64,000 nt of DNA from Eledone cirrhosa (GCA_964016885.1 OZ024741.1:186248001-186312000); one strand, 5' to 3'; positions 42,084-58,857 are shown, counted from the first letter of the stretch. A program made the numbers and translations. The notes: generated from the sequence alone by a model not told the origin.

Positions 42084-44957
42084 AATACTGATATATGAGA
42101 AAGTAAAGCAGAGATACCACTAAGAGATGTAGAAAGCACGGAAATGGGGCAGCCATCGGATAAGAAAGCAAGTATCTGGGGTCTATCACATCTGCTATAA
42201 AAAGCGGAGTCGGCCAATTCTATCATAGAATAGGCGATGGGGGTGGGGGTACTGAGGCTACAAAGGACAGAGGGGCTGCCTCGGGTGGGCGAGAAAGTGA
42301 AAAGGACGACGACAAAGAATGAGGACTGGGGTGGAAGGACTAGGAAGGGATGGGGGAAGAAGGAAATATAGAGGAAACGATAAAAAGATATAAAAGAAGA
42401 TCTTACGTCTTCCTTTGTAAGCAGGGGTTACCCATTACAAAGTCGGCAAGTGGGGTGTTACAGCCCTTGTCTAACCCCCCCCCCCCGGTCATTATGGGGT
42501 TTGAGGGCGAGGTAAGTCCTACGCAATCTGTGATTGCATGCAGTTACCAGTTCATCTTTCTTGTTTAGGAGTTGGTCCGTCGAAAACAGCATTTGTAAAG
42601 TTTCCTCCGAGCATAAATTGCACGGACGGCGTCTTCCCGTGTAAGAGTTGGCTCTGGACAGTAATATTGTTATCTTTGAGGTCCCAGATGTGGCCCGAAA
42701 GTGTGGTGGCGTGCGCCGGGCCGGGTTTCGGAAAATATGTCTGTGTTGATATAGCTGGGTCTTGAAGTACCATGCGGTTAATCCTATATAAGCTTTGTTG
42801 GAGGTGTCTGTCCTCACGTTGCACTGGTAGATCACATTACGATCTCTGCATCTGTTGTGGAGGGGGAAAATTGATCCATCAGGACAGTTGCACCTCCTGG
42901 TCGGCTCTCCACTGCAATTTAGGTTATTTCTTTCATAGGGGTTGAGTTTTTTGTTATTAGAGGAGACGATGTTTTGTGCAAAGTTTGGTGTGGTGCTGTA
43001 GGAGAGTTTGATGGTATTTTTGTTGATTATGTTGTGGTAGCGGTGTTGTAGTGGGAAGTGTTTTTCGATGAGCCTAAAGAAGATTTTTCCCGATAGGAGT
43101 TGTCACCTCGGCGTTGTGGGGAGGATTGAACCATGTTACATTGCGTGAGCGGCGGTGTCGCCTGCTGGTTCCGCTAATGGAAGCTGGACAGTAGGATATT
43201 TCCTCCCGGAAGCCACTCCGCTTGAGGGCCTGGTTGTAATAAGGCGCATGTTCCTCGAATATCTGCTCATTAGCGGAAAAACGAGATATGCGGAGGGAGA
43301 TGTTTTTAACCAGGTTATTGGTGATGTTCCTAGGATGGTTTGACCGGCGGTGGATGTAGTGCAGGTTGTCGTTGGGTTTCCTGTATGGGTAGTACAGATC
43401 ATTATCGAGGTCAAGGGTAACGTCCAGGAAGTTTACTCAGGCCAGGGACGTTTGTAGGGTTATTTTAAATCCCCAGTCGCGGAAGAAGCTGATTAATTGT
43501 TTACGGACACGGTCTGTACTACTGGGGTTGTACCCTTTGAGGGTAAGGAGCCCATCATCACGGTACAACCCACCGCCGAATGCAGGAAACATATCGGTGA
43601 GTTTAACTAGTAGGAATAATCCTATAAGATCTGTGGCCTCAGCCGAATCCGTCGCGCCCATGCTGACGTCGCAGGGGGAGTCGGGAGCTCTCTTTATCCA
43701 TTTGTAGTTGTCGAAAAGTAGGACTGTCCTCCTGGCGTGGAGGATGATGTTTCTTTCCTGGTCGGTGATGGGCGCAAGTGTCTCGGCAAAGTCCAAGGCA
43801 GCCGTAAGTAACGGTAAGGTAATTGAAGCATAGTAACTCTCTATGTCAAACTGGATGAATTTTGTGTCTCGTTTGTCCTCCATATTGCTGAACCATGAGA
43901 TTACTTCGTGGGTGTTGACCCATAGGCTAAGTCTGGCGTTTTGCTTAACTTTTGGTATAACGCGTGCTTTCTACATCTCTTATTGGTATCTCTGCTTTAA
44001 TTTCTCGTATATCAGTATTTTTTTTTTTTTTTGAGGGGGGGGGGGGGGTTCTGAATTAATTTTCTGTATTATATTTTTTTCATATACTTCGTACTAGCAT
44101 TTATGTAGTTTGCACTAGAATTTTTGTATCGTAGCAGCACCCTTAGAGATAGTATTAGTATTCATTTTCGGGATTCTGAATTATTATTTCGTATTAGTTT
44201 ATTTTTTGCACTGGGTGGTTGCTGGCCTTGTGCCTAGGTTAGAAACAATCATTTCGTATTAGTTTCGGGTCTCTGAATTATTATTTCGTGGTAGTTTCTT
44301 TAGTATTTTGGCCCCCCACTTGTTGACCTGTCACTGTAAGATATACTCGGTTGATTACTACTAACTCTTAAAATGGTCTCACTACAATTCCGTCCCACCT
44401 AGTAAACTTTTCTATAGTTTAGCAGTACCAGTGAGAGACTTGATGACTGTGGTTACGGAATAGTAACCAGAAATTTTTTTTTTATATTTTTAACATTCTT
44501 GGTATTCTTCTATATATTTACTCCATATTGATTTACTTATTGTTTCGACTTCCCCCCCCCCTCCCTAGTATACTTGCTTGACCTCCTGCCCTGCTATAGT
44601 TGGCACTATCAATGCACGACTGGGTTTCGTCCACTCCCCCTCCCTCTTTCTTCTACTGGCAGGTTCAGCTACCCCTTCCTTCCACAAATTGCCATGATAG
44701 AATTATGTGTCTCAATAACAAACTTTTGACCAATCCTTGTGACAATCACTTTTACCATATATGGAATTACCCCCTGAGAAGCTGGGCTATTCATATACCA
44801 GGAAAAAAATGTTCATTTAGTCCAGAATTAGCCGTCGAAACGGCTTGAGCTCAGCCGTCGGGTTCCTACTCGTTCCTATTACCCACTCTACTACCCTAAG
44901 TATTGAGTACTTTGGTGCGTTATGGTCCATCTGGTTCCTTACCACATTTCCTTCGTT
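41333..44957 (-). mobile_element. Penelope-like element with about 800-bp inverted arms enclosing an RT-GIY-YIG remnant
   Basis: Arms 41333-42140 and 43963-44755; right arm continues into a degenerate HHR (44769-44864) and (TA)n. Confidence 0.88.
42430..43960 (-). pseudogene. PLE reverse transcriptase plus C-terminal GIY-YIG (frameshifted)
   Basis: FDIESYYASI, SMGATDSAE, GLYRDDGLL, FLDVTLDL, WFNPP, IYQC..YIGLT, CNLCSEE. Confidence 0.9.
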
Positions 44958-44982
44958 ATATATATATATAGACAGAGAGAGC

Positions 44983-45096
<114 letters not shown>

Positions 45097-45270
45097 TGGC
45101 TTCTAAAGGACTATAAATGTTTCATTCGGAAGAAATCATCAGGAAAGCCCATTTCTACCGAATGAATCAGTTCTAGTCCTGTAGAAGCCATTTCTATATT
45201 AAACATTTATACTCTGCTATGTATTGAGTACCTAATTGTATTGAGTATATAATACACACACACACACACG

Positions 45271-45335
<65 letters not shown>

Positions 45336-45853
45336 TTAAGGGTACTATTTATGGTTATGTATGCAATAAAACCTTTAATGGTAATATATTATATATACAC
45401 AAACCCTAGATAGTGGGAGATAGTCATTAATTACTATCCTATTACCAGTAAGATAAATAGCTCAATGTAATAACATCAGTTGTTTTACAGAGCAGTTATA
45501 TATAATAAGATCGACTGCCTGCTTCAGCTGCCTGACCCTGCAAATATCATTCTGACGCACTCTAATCATGTATAAATAAGACACGCGTGCATGCTGCACG
45601 GAAGATTGTTTCATACACTGACTACTCTAAGCTTTCCTCCTGCTTTATCTTCATAGACTGCCAACGCTTCATGTTTATCTTTATTTTCACTCTTATTTTC
45701 ACTCTTGTTTTTATTTTATTTTTATCCTGTAACCTTTATATGTAAATTGCCATGCTATATCATTTGATGAATGTCACCCCACTGTTGATCAATATGCGCA
45801 TATGTTCTATGTGTCTCTTGGGTTGAAAAGGAAGTCAAGTATGTTATAAACTG

Positions 45854-45902
45854 TTGCTCCGAAGAATCCAAACCTCGGTTTGGAGGAAACAATTGTAAGC
45901 AA
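45854..45902 (+). ncRNA. Hammerhead-like motif with CCGAAGA core
   Basis: TTGCT-CCGAAGA-ATCCAAACC/GGTTTGGAG-GAAA-CAATTG-TA-AGCAA. Confidence 0.68.
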
Positions 45903-45936
45903 ATAAATGACTTAAACTGAACTTTGATTACTGTAA

Positions 45937-46023
<87 letters not shown>

Positions 46024-46275
46024 GAAGATTAAACATGGATTTTCATAAGTCTGTCAGTAAGTGAATCAGATTATTCGGAGATATTCACTCGAGTTAAACT
46101 AATCTTGATTATTAGTTTTTTGAAAGTGTACTCTTTCAAAATAACTAACGATTATGGATAGTCTAACAAGAGCGAATTACTTCTAATAATATGATTCATC
46201 GACTGAAAGTCTAACATCATGAAACTTTAGGATTTTATGAAAGTGTATGCCTAATTTACCATTTACCATGTTTGA

Positions 46276-46363
<88 letters not shown>

Positions 46364-46365
46364 CA

Positions 46366-46418
<53 letters not shown>

Positions 46419-46495
46419 TATATACATATATATACATATATATACATATATATACATATATATACATATATATACATATATATACATATATATAC

Positions 46496-46580
<85 letters not shown>

Positions 46581-46589
<9 letters not shown>

Positions 46590-46720
46590 GACGTAAAATA
46601 AGAAAATTTTAAAAGTTAAAAATTAACTTACTTACTAAAATTTTCACTCCACACATGTTGGAGTGAAAATTTTAGTAAGTTAATTTTTAAAATTTTCTTA
46701 TTTTACGTCTTTCATATAAT
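46581..46720. repeat. Fold-back hairpin at a (TA)n edge (inverted duplicate at about 51405-51545)
   Basis: Arms meet at ACTCCA-CACATGT-TGGAGT. Confidence 0.8.
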
Positions 46721-46825
46721 TGTTCTGCATCCCCCTGCATTGAACCACCTAGATACTTTGACATAACTTATATATTTACCAGTATTAGTGTACATCTGTA
46801 CGGATATGTTGGTAGATGTATTAAT

Positions 46826-46933
<108 letters not shown>

Positions 46934-46995
46934 TCTATATGTATGTGTGTGTGCATATATACGTGCACAAATACACCTATCATATTATCTACATA

Positions 46996-47345
46996 ATTGT
47001 TTCTACGTTAGGCACAAGGCCAGCAATTACCCAGTGCATTACTGGTACTTTATTTTATCGACCCCGTAAGGATGAAAGGCAAGTCAACCTCGGCGGGATT
47101 TGAACTCAGATCGTAAAGGGACGTAACTATGCTGGAAAGCATGGCGTCCGACCCTCCACCGATACTGCCAATCCACCTAGATAATATACTCGAAGTCTGT
47201 GAATAGCAGAATCGTTAGAACACCGGATAGCATGCTTTGCGGTTTGGGTTACGACTCTCTTCACTCTGATTTCAAATCCCGCTGAGATCTAGTTTCCTTT
47301 TCATCATTGTGAGGTCGATAAAAAAGTACCAGTCACGAACTGGGA
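46996..47345. mobile_element. Two SINE copies: 46996-47177 minus and an older 47195-47345 plus
   Basis: SINE core motif in both. Confidence 0.75.
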
Positions 47346-47575
47346 AAATGTTTCCTCTATACCTCTTTCTATCCTTTTCTTGAAGAAATTTACTTTGTTA
47401 AAACCTGGATGGGGATGAGCTTGGACAGGCATAAATGCTCCCAAAATGCCGTAGGACAGTAGGGCGCCCTATGACTTCATGAAGAGTTACACGAGAATAC
47501 CATGGATATGTAAAATCATGACCGCGGCTCCAAGCGGTTTCGGCTTATGTATTCAGCAAGCATCTCTCTCTCTCT

Positions 47576-47662
<87 letters not shown>

Positions 47663-47693
47663 CACACACACGCACATATATATATGTTATGTA

Positions 47694-47730
<37 letters not shown>

Positions 47731-47815
47731 GGAAGGTAAACAGAAATAACAATCCAATCGGAACATTATATGGAAGGAATATATTAGGTTAACGCTTAAA
47801 ATATCAGGAAGAAGG

Positions 47816-47851
47816 TCTTAACGTTTCGGACGCTAGTCCTTCATCAGAAGA
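47816..47851 (-). ncRNA. Minimal PLE-type hammerhead ribozyme
   Basis: TCTT-CTGATGA-A-GGAC TAGC GTCC-GAAA-CGTT-AAGA; same family as 14030. Confidence 0.72.
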
Positions 47852-48135
47852 AAGAATGATAAATAAGATAGATTGAAGGGACGGGCAGGTTGGGATTGGA
47901 AAATAAATGACTTTAGATAAAAATAACAGGTCCATAGGAATAGAACTGCTTCATTCGAAGGAAATCATTAGGAAAACCCTGATAATTTCCTTCGAATGAA
48001 ACAGTTCTAGTCCTATAGAAGCTGTCTCTATATTAAATATTGTATATACTCTACTATGTATTGATTACCTTACTATTATTCCTGATTGAACTCGGGATAC
48101 ACCCACACACACACACACACACCCACACACACACA

Positions 48136-48980
<845 letters not shown>

Positions 48981-49098
48981 CATCTCTAACGTAACGATAT
49001 ATTATCACTACATTATTGATAACCTGAAATTTTTTTTATATATATATATATATAAATATATATGAATATACATACCTACACATATATATGCGTGCCTC

Positions 49099-49189
<91 letters not shown>

Positions 49190-49229
49190 TATATGAATAT
49201 ACATACCTACACATATATATGCGTGCCTC

Positions 49230-49289
<60 letters not shown>

Positions 49290-49321
49290 GAGGCACGCAT
49301 ATATATGTGTAGGTATGTATA

Positions 49322-49382
<61 letters not shown>

Positions 49383-49412
49383 ATTATGTAATAAACAACA
49401 TAAGGCAATTAT

Positions 49413-49470
49413 TCCATTTACCAGTGGTTTCTTAAAAGCAAAAGGTTTTGCTTTCAATCCTCAGAATGAA
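49413..49470 (-). ncRNA. Type I hammerhead ribozyme
   Basis: TTCATT-CTGAGGA-TTGAAAGCAAAA/TTTTGCTTTTAA-GAAA-CCACTGG-TA-AATGGA; truncated homologue at about 16801-16820. Confidence 0.8.
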
Positions 49471-49692
49471 AAATCCTGGTTTGTTTATTGAATATGGATT
49501 CTAAAAACAAAAATGCAATCTATATGAAAGTGAGGCTGGAAAAGGGAGAAGGAAAGGAAAAATAAAATAAAATAAAACTACACATGCAAACACACACACA
49601 AAAAAAAACAAAAAAAAACACAAAAGCATACTTACACACACACACATATATACACATATAATTTGCACGCATACACATATACACATACACAC

Positions 49693-49726
<34 letters not shown>

Positions 49727-49792
49727 AAGAGCGTACACCTACACACACATACACATATATACACACATATACACATACATATATTCATACAT

Positions 49793-49833
<41 letters not shown>

Positions 49834-50932
49834 TACACACACACATATATATACACATGTACATATCCATACATATATACATTTATATATATATATATAT
49901 ATATACATACATATACACACATATACACATATACATACACACACACACACACACACATGTGTGTGTACAAGCCTACACATACACACACACATATATATAC
50001 ACACACATATACATACATTCACACAAACATACAACGTACATACATACACATACATGAATGCACTCCACTACATATTAACACACGCAAATAAATATAAGAA
50101 AAAAATATATAAATAATATTAACAAATATTTGACAGCGATACATGCCCCAGCTAACAGGACAGACACGCGTGGTAAGTAATACACACATAAGCACATATA
50201 CATACGTACGAAATAGTAAACACATACACACACTCTCACACATAAATATACATATACAAATACATAAACACGTACATACACATACATACGCAAACACGTA
50301 CACGTATACAATATAAACACACACATATGTATATGTAATTATATACACACACACACACATATACATATATATATATATATATACATACAAAAATATAAAA
50401 ATATAAACGCACACACACATATAAATACGTAAACACACATACATACATAGCTAAACAATTATACACATGCAAATACGTATATATCAAAAGAACGCACAAC
50501 CAAATACAAACACACACACATATATACACACACACACACCCACACACAAACCCACACATACATAAAAATAAATAAAAACACACGCAACATATACATACAT
50601 ACACATACATATACACATACACATTTATACATATACATATATATATATACACACATATATATATAAAAATATAAATATATATATATATATATATACACAC
50701 ATACACGTACACATACACACATGCATACACATACACACATGTGTATGCATGTGTGTATGTGTACGTGTATGTGTGTATATATATATATATATATTTATAT
50801 TTTCCAGCCTTATAGAGCGATCGTTATACTGTAACCATCGCCTAAAATCTACATTTTCATATTATAAATACTACCAGGATTGAACGCCTGTCTCTATCCC
50901 AGTTTGATTGTCAAAATAGATATTAACATTCT

Positions 50933-51772
<840 letters not shown>

Positions 51773-52576
51773 TATTAGTCTTAATTCTATCAACTCTTCT
51801 ATTATTTACCTTTTAATACAAACTGCTATAGATAAAATGAGATTTCTGATTTCTTGATTCAATGCCCTAATGCATATACCAGCTGGCTACTAGCATTGAT
51901 GTTATTTAGTAGCAATCGAAATCTCCCCCTTCCCCAATTGACACTTTATAATTAATACTACTGCACCAAATGACCAGCCCTGTCCACTGTCCAGTTGGTC
52001 AAGTAGAGATTAAAATTGGCACTCCCAAAATTCTTATTTAGATTTACTCATGGTATTCTCATTAGAAACCCATTATATACTTGTTTAGCAGTAAATTAAT
52101 TTACCATCTGTCATATACTATCCCCTCTGTTCCTTCCTCTTTTACTAATATAAATACTTCAATTTTTCTGATTTTATCCAATTTATCCAAAATCTCTGAA
52201 GAAGTGACAACTGATTATACATTTGCTATCGAATACTTGCTAACATTATATGATTACGCAAGCAGCGATACATAGGTATTCGGTCTGTTACAGAAACATA
52301 TGTCAATACCTAATAAATTCCTTTTTTAACAAAAGCACTTTCATTTTATATTCATCCTTTCTATATATATATATATATATATATATATCTTTTCATGATA
52401 TTTGGATTACATTGAGTTCTTCATACGGATTGGACACTACCGTATATTTTGGTAGATTTATCTACATATATATATATATATGTGTGTGTGTGTTTGTGTG
52501 TGTGTTTGTGTGTGTGTGGGTGTGTGCGCACATTCTTCCCGGTGAATTTCACTATACACACAAATACTTAGCACAG

Positions 52577-52624
<48 letters not shown>

Positions 52625-52989
52625 CTGTGTGTGTGGAATGTAATCCTCTTAAAGTTGTTGAATCCTTCATATATATTGTGCGTGCAGTGAATAGAGATGG
52701 GATATATATCGGACTCAGAAATATATATTAGGACTTAAAAGACGGCAAAATCATGGGTTTGGTCACAATGACATAACAAGAATGAAAGAAAACTATCTAT
52801 TTATAGATCCTTTGTTATAGCTTCTCTTCTGTACTTTTCTGAAAATTGGACGTGTTACAAATATCCATAAAAATATCCATGTAGTGAAAATGAAATGGAA
52901 TTCTTTCACTCCTGACTCAGATGTTCTAATTGCATCTAATATTTGATCCATACAGGTAATAATTTGGAAAAGCTAACTGCTTTCGACTG

Positions 52990-53360
52990 AAAATGTTGTC
53001 CGAATGACTGATGAGCGTTTCGCTAAGAAACTGTTTTATGGGGAACAGGCTCATCAAAAAAGAAAACAGAGTAAGCCCAAGAAAAGGTCCAAGGATGCAT
53101 TGAATGAGAAATTGAAGAATGTAGGAATTGATCACAGAAGGCAAGACAATCTCACAGTGGCGTTCAGAAATAAGAGGTAATATGAATGCTTTTGAGCAAA
53201 ACAGTCTGATGCAAGTAGATATTAAGAGGAATATAAGACAAAACAAAAAAACTATGAAAAAAACTATGAAAAAACAAAGGGAATATGAAATTATTGGAAC
53301 TTTTTCTACTTGACCGGTTTGTGGCAGAATGTCGCTGTCAGAAGCTGCATTAGAGTGTCC
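52990..53360 (+). pseudogene. Degenerate RTE (BovB-like) LINE 3' fragment
   Basis: VVRMTDERFAKKLFYGE..KPKKR, WRSEI, terminal PVCGR zinc-finger remnant. Confidence 0.65.
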
Positions 53361-53399
53361 CACTAGAGCACCCAATACAGCAATCATTATTAACTATAG

Positions 53400-54013
53400 G
53401 GTGGTGGATTGGCAGTATCGGTAGAGGGTCGGACGCCATGCTTTCCAGCATAGTTACGTCCCTTTACGATCTGAGTTCAAATCCCGACGAGATTAACATT
53501 GCCTTTCATCCTTACGGGGTCGATAAAATAAAGTACCAGTAATGCACTGCGTAATTGCTGGCCTTGTGCCAAAAGTAGAAACAATTATTAACTATAGGGA
53601 CGGTGGATTGGTAGTATCGGTAGAGGGTCGGACGCCATGCTTTGCCGCATAGAGTTACGGCCCTCTATGATCTGAGTTCAATCCGGCCCAGGTTAACTTT
53701 GCCTTTCATCCTTACGGGGTCGATAGAATAAAGTACCAGTCACTCACTGGGGTCGATTTAATCGACTTTCCTCTCCCCAAAAATTGCTGGCCTTGTGCCT
53801 ATATAAGAAACCATTATTAACTATAGGGACGGTGGATTGGCAGTATCGGCAGAGGGTCGGACGCTATGCTTTCCAACATAGAGTTACGTCCCTTTACGGT
53901 CTGAGTTCAAATCCCGCCGAGGTTAACTTTGCCTTGCATCCTTATGGCGTCGATAAAATGAAGTATCAGTAATGAAATGGGTAATTGCTGGCCTTGTCTC
54001 AACAGTAGAAACA
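53400..54013 (+). mobile_element. Three head-to-tail SINE copies separated by a repeated 14-bp target duplication
   Basis: ATTATTAACTATAG at 53386, 53584, 53813 and 54014. Confidence 0.88.
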
Positions 54014-54236
54014 ATTATTAACTATAGAATATACAAATAAGTTCGGCCTTATCAATGCTACATATGTCATAAGATTTGCATATCTCAATGATGTCTAGAC
54101 AAACATTTCAAAATACATCAAGATACGCAGGCAGTTCAAGCTACACGAAACCTAATGTGCAAATTATGTGGACGGCTTTTAAAAAGTATGTCTAGTTTAT
54201 AAAGCCACATGATCTCATGTCAGAACTGAGTACTGT

Positions 54237-54308
54237 GCACACTGAAGAGTTCAAGCACACTGAAGAGTTATAGCACACTGAAGAGTTCAAGCACACTGAA
54301 GAGTTATA
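54237..54308. repeat. 18-bp minisatellite x4 with alternating variants
   Basis: GCACACTGAAGAGTTCAA / GCACACTGAAGAGTTATA. Confidence 0.85.
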
Positions 54309-54355
<47 letters not shown>

Positions 54356-54470
54356 ACACACACACATACACACATACACACCTACAAACACACACACACA
54401 CATATACACACAGAAATACACACACACACATATACACACACACACGCAACACACACACATATATATATAT

Positions 54471-54695
54471 ATATTTATTAATATAACAGATTAAAGTTTA
54501 AGCAAAGAATCGCTGATTTCACCCTTAACGGGATCTTCAGAAGATCCCGTTAAGGGTGAAAGCAGCGATTCTTTGCTTAAACTTTAATCTGTTATTTTAA
54601 TAAATATTTGCTCTACGGTTCTTATATATTTGATATATATTTATCCTTATCGAGCCCTCTTTGGATTTTAGTCTTCAAATTTATTATTATTACTA
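54471..54695. mobile_element. Fold-back element with a one-base loop inside an HHR core
   Basis: Arms 54471-54538 and 54540-54607; minus strand reads CTGAAGA-TCCC GTTAA GGGT-GAAA. Confidence 0.75.
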
Positions 54696-54792
54696 TATAT
54701 ATATATATATATATATATACACCTAATTTTCTTAATTGCTATCACTAGTAATGGACCATTAATTAATGTACGAGTCAACCATTTTCATATAA

Positions 54793-54851
<59 letters not shown>

Positions 54852-55697
54852 CACATCCACATAAATATTCATGTATATGCATCTATATGTAAATACGAAT
54901 GTGCTTCTGTGAATGTGTGGTTGGTATTGTGTGCGTTCTGCGTTTCCAGATTTGTGCAAGCTGTTTCTAACAAACTTGGTTTTGTCTATATCAGGTGAGA
55001 TAAAATGCAAAGCGCATCCCGACGCGAGTCAAACTCAATGCGTAGAATGACGAAACATATACCGCATGTCATTTTTTTCGGATATTACACCTATAGTTCG
55101 GAAAATACATCTAACCTTTATTTGATAAGGAACTAGTTTAGCACTAGATCAGCTACGATTAAACTTGACTGTGTTCAGATATATTCCAGACATGCTCATC
55201 CTGTGTTATTTATATTCCATTGGTGAATCAATCCTCCAATATTTAAGACGATATGTCGTGATTTGCTGGAGTTTATTTAGTGTGATAATTTTAGCGGGTC
55301 CAGCAACGATATAGAGGGTTCATGTTGGCTCTGGATGGTTAAGTATATGCAATGTATTGTTTACAGTAATTCAAGTACATTCCTTCCAGAAAAAAAAAAA
55401 CGTTTCAACACTTCAGTATCCATATCTTGTATATAAGATAACACCAGCTTTAATAACCACTCCAATGGTTTCCTGCTGCTTTGAAATGTCCAGTGTTTGA
55501 AACGCAATAGCCTACTACATTTAGGCATCTTGTGTTTGTGATTGCGTGATAGTAAATAAGTGCATGAGCTCTTGTGTATTTCTGAGGTTGTGTATGGGTG
55601 TACACGCGATTTACTGTGTAAATACATATGAATGCACATACACAAAAATAAACACACACACAGGCGCACACACACACGCACACACATACACACACAG

Positions 55698-55822
<125 letters not shown>

Positions 55823-56037
55823 TATATATTGTTATACAAAAACGAAATATATATATATATATATATAGGAACGAGTAGAACCCCGACGGCTGAGCTCATG
55901 CCGTTTCGACGGCTTGAGCTCAGCCGTCGGGATCCTACTCGTTCCTATTATCCACTCTACTACCCTAAGTATTGAGTACTTTGGTGCGTTATGGTCCACC
56001 TGGTTCCTTACCACATTTCCTTCGTTATATATATATA

Positions 56038-56270
56038 TATAACAACTAGAAATTGATTAACATGTAAATAAGCATATGAAACAATCACAGGGGATAATTA
56101 TCCTCTGTGATTGTTTCATATGTTTATTTATAGGTTAATCAATTTCTAGTTGTTATAAAATGCTCGGACCTATTCATTAGAATCTTGGAGCTTATTTTAC
56201 GGGTGATATGGCGCATGCCTTTCTGGCATGACACCCATCATTTTGAATTCAATTTGATTTATCTTAATTT

Positions 56271-56275
<5 letters not shown>
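56038..56275. repeat. Loopless palindromic insertion between (TA)n tracts
   Basis: Centre GGATAATTATCC at about 56092-56103; arms about 60 bp. Confidence 0.78.
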
Positions 56276-56332
<57 letters not shown>

Positions 56333-56610
56333 GTAATTAATATACGGATATGTAAACACACACGCATATATACATATATTTAGAGACAGATATATATATA
56401 CCTACATTATATATATATATGACTTTGCCTTTCATCCTTACGGGGTCGATAAAATAAAGTACCAGTAATGCACTGGTGATTGCTGGCTTTGTGCCAAAAG
56501 TAGAAACAATTATATATATATATATGTATGAGTGTATGTGTGTATATATATATATATATACAATTATATATATTTATATGTATGAGTGTATGTGTGTATA
56601 TATATATATA

Positions 56611-56641
<31 letters not shown>

Positions 56642-57017
56642 GTGTATGTATGTGTGTGTATATATATATCTCTATTAATGCGTGTGTGTATGTATATACA
56701 TATGCCTTTTTATTATTATTTTTATTTGTATGTCTGAGTTAGGTGAGGTTGTAGTGGTTTTTTATGTATATACGCATATATGGATGCGTATGTATTTGTA
56801 TATATGAGTATAAGTAAGTGCATATGTATGTATGATTATATATCTAATTCTATGTATGAATATACATGTATATATATGTGTGTATGTAAGTTGTGTGTGT
56901 ATGTATGTATATGTCTATGTGTGTATATATATATATATATATGTATATCGATGTACGTATATGTATGTACATGTATGTCTATGTATGTGTGTATGTATGT
57001 GTATGTATATTTAGGTG

Positions 57018-57066
<49 letters not shown>

Positions 57067-57303
57067 ATATATATATGTATATATCTTTATTATTTATTTT
57101 TATATATATGTGTATGTGTGTATGTGTTGCGTGTGTGTGTGTGTATATATATATCTTTATATATGTGTATGTGTATGTTCGTGTAGGTGTATGTGTGTGT
57201 ATGACTTTATATGTATGTGTGTATGTGTGTATGCGTAAATATTTCTATGTGTGTGTACATGTATGTATGTGTATATATCTGTATGTGTGTGTATGTGTAT
57301 TTG

Positions 57304-57349
<46 letters not shown>

Positions 57350-57721
57350 ATATATATATATGTATATGTATATGTGTGTGTATGTATATATATATATATA
57401 TATATCTATATGTTTTTCTATTTGTATATGTATGTGTGTATAGGTATATACCTTTCTCTTTGTATTTCTAAGTTGTGTGATAGTGTAGTAGTGTTTGTAT
57501 GTATATACCGATATATAGATGCGTAAGTATTTGTCTGTATGTATATATGTAAGTCTGTATATATTTGTGTGTGTATATAGCTATGTATGTGTATATCTGT
57601 ATGTATATTAGTATGTAAGTGTTGTATATGTGCATGTATGTGTGTGGTTATATATATCTGTGTCTATATAGTATGTGTGATTATATGTATATGTGTGTGT
57701 ATATGTACGTGTATGTACATA

Positions 57722-57778
<57 letters not shown>

Positions 57779-57976
57779 GTATGTGTATTTGTATGTATAT
57801 GTGTATATGTATGTATGTGTGTATATGTATATGTTTATATATGTGTGTATATGTATGTTCTTAGTGTGGATGTGTGTATATGTATGTATGTGTTTATATA
57901 TGTGTGTATATTTATGTATGGATATGTGTGTGTCTATATGTATATATATGTATGTTTTTTTATATATATATATATA

Positions 57977-58019
<43 letters not shown>

Positions 58020-58702
58020 ATATATGTGTATATATATATATTTATTTTCTTGATATATTTCTTTTTTCTTTTTTCTTTTTTCTTTTTTCTGTTTTTCTTT
58101 CTATTCTTTCCTCTTTAATGTTTTATTTATTATATTTTATTTTTTTATTTGTCTTAGGTTATAGATACATTTATATTAGGCAGTCTGCTCAGACAGTTGA
58201 ATACTGACCCCTCCCCCCCCCCTCCCACCTAATTTCTGTATCTTGATCTAAAAATGTGTGTGCCAGTGTTTTATGTGAGTGAATTAATATCCATGTGCTT
58301 ATGATTTTATATCCACATATATAAATGTGAGTGGGGGTGTGTGTGTGTTTGTATGTTCGTGGTTATGTGTATATTTATGCATATACGCGCGTGTATGTGT
58401 GATTGTACGGATATGTGTGAGTATGAAAAAATATATTTATATACTTAACTTCATAAGTGTCAATACGCATCTTATCTGCGCATTATAAACTTACAGAGAC
58501 ATTAACCTTGAAATTTTGTATTTGCATCCATCCTTTTAGTATGCGTATACAAATTATACATACATTTTTGTAAAATATGTGTAAGGGTTTTACATGTATA
58601 TACACACACCGAACTGCATTTAGCCCTTTGTGTTTTCATTGGTCAATTTTGTTCCCAAACGGAACTGAAATTTTGAATTGTTGTTATTATCAATAAATAT
58701 AC

Positions 58703-58857
58703 TTCATTATTTCTGAAGACGGCGTATATATGTGTTTGGTATGTATATTTAATCTTGATAATTTGTATAATTTTGTATAATTTTGTACATAGATCTGTTG
58801 AATATGCATACCAATTCTAACACATATATATCCTAGAAACGATCGTTAAATAATGAA
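58703..58857 (+). ncRNA. Type I hammerhead ribozyme with long stem II (relative at 60750-60888, minus)
   Basis: 10-bp stem I TTCATTATTT/AAATAATGAA; CTGAAGA 58713; GAAA 58836; CGATCG. Confidence 0.8.

Noticed and set aside
54237-54308. Regular repeat containing CTGAAGA, considered as CRISPR-like or an HHR array
   Set aside because: No unique spacers and no GAAA or stems; it is a minisatellite
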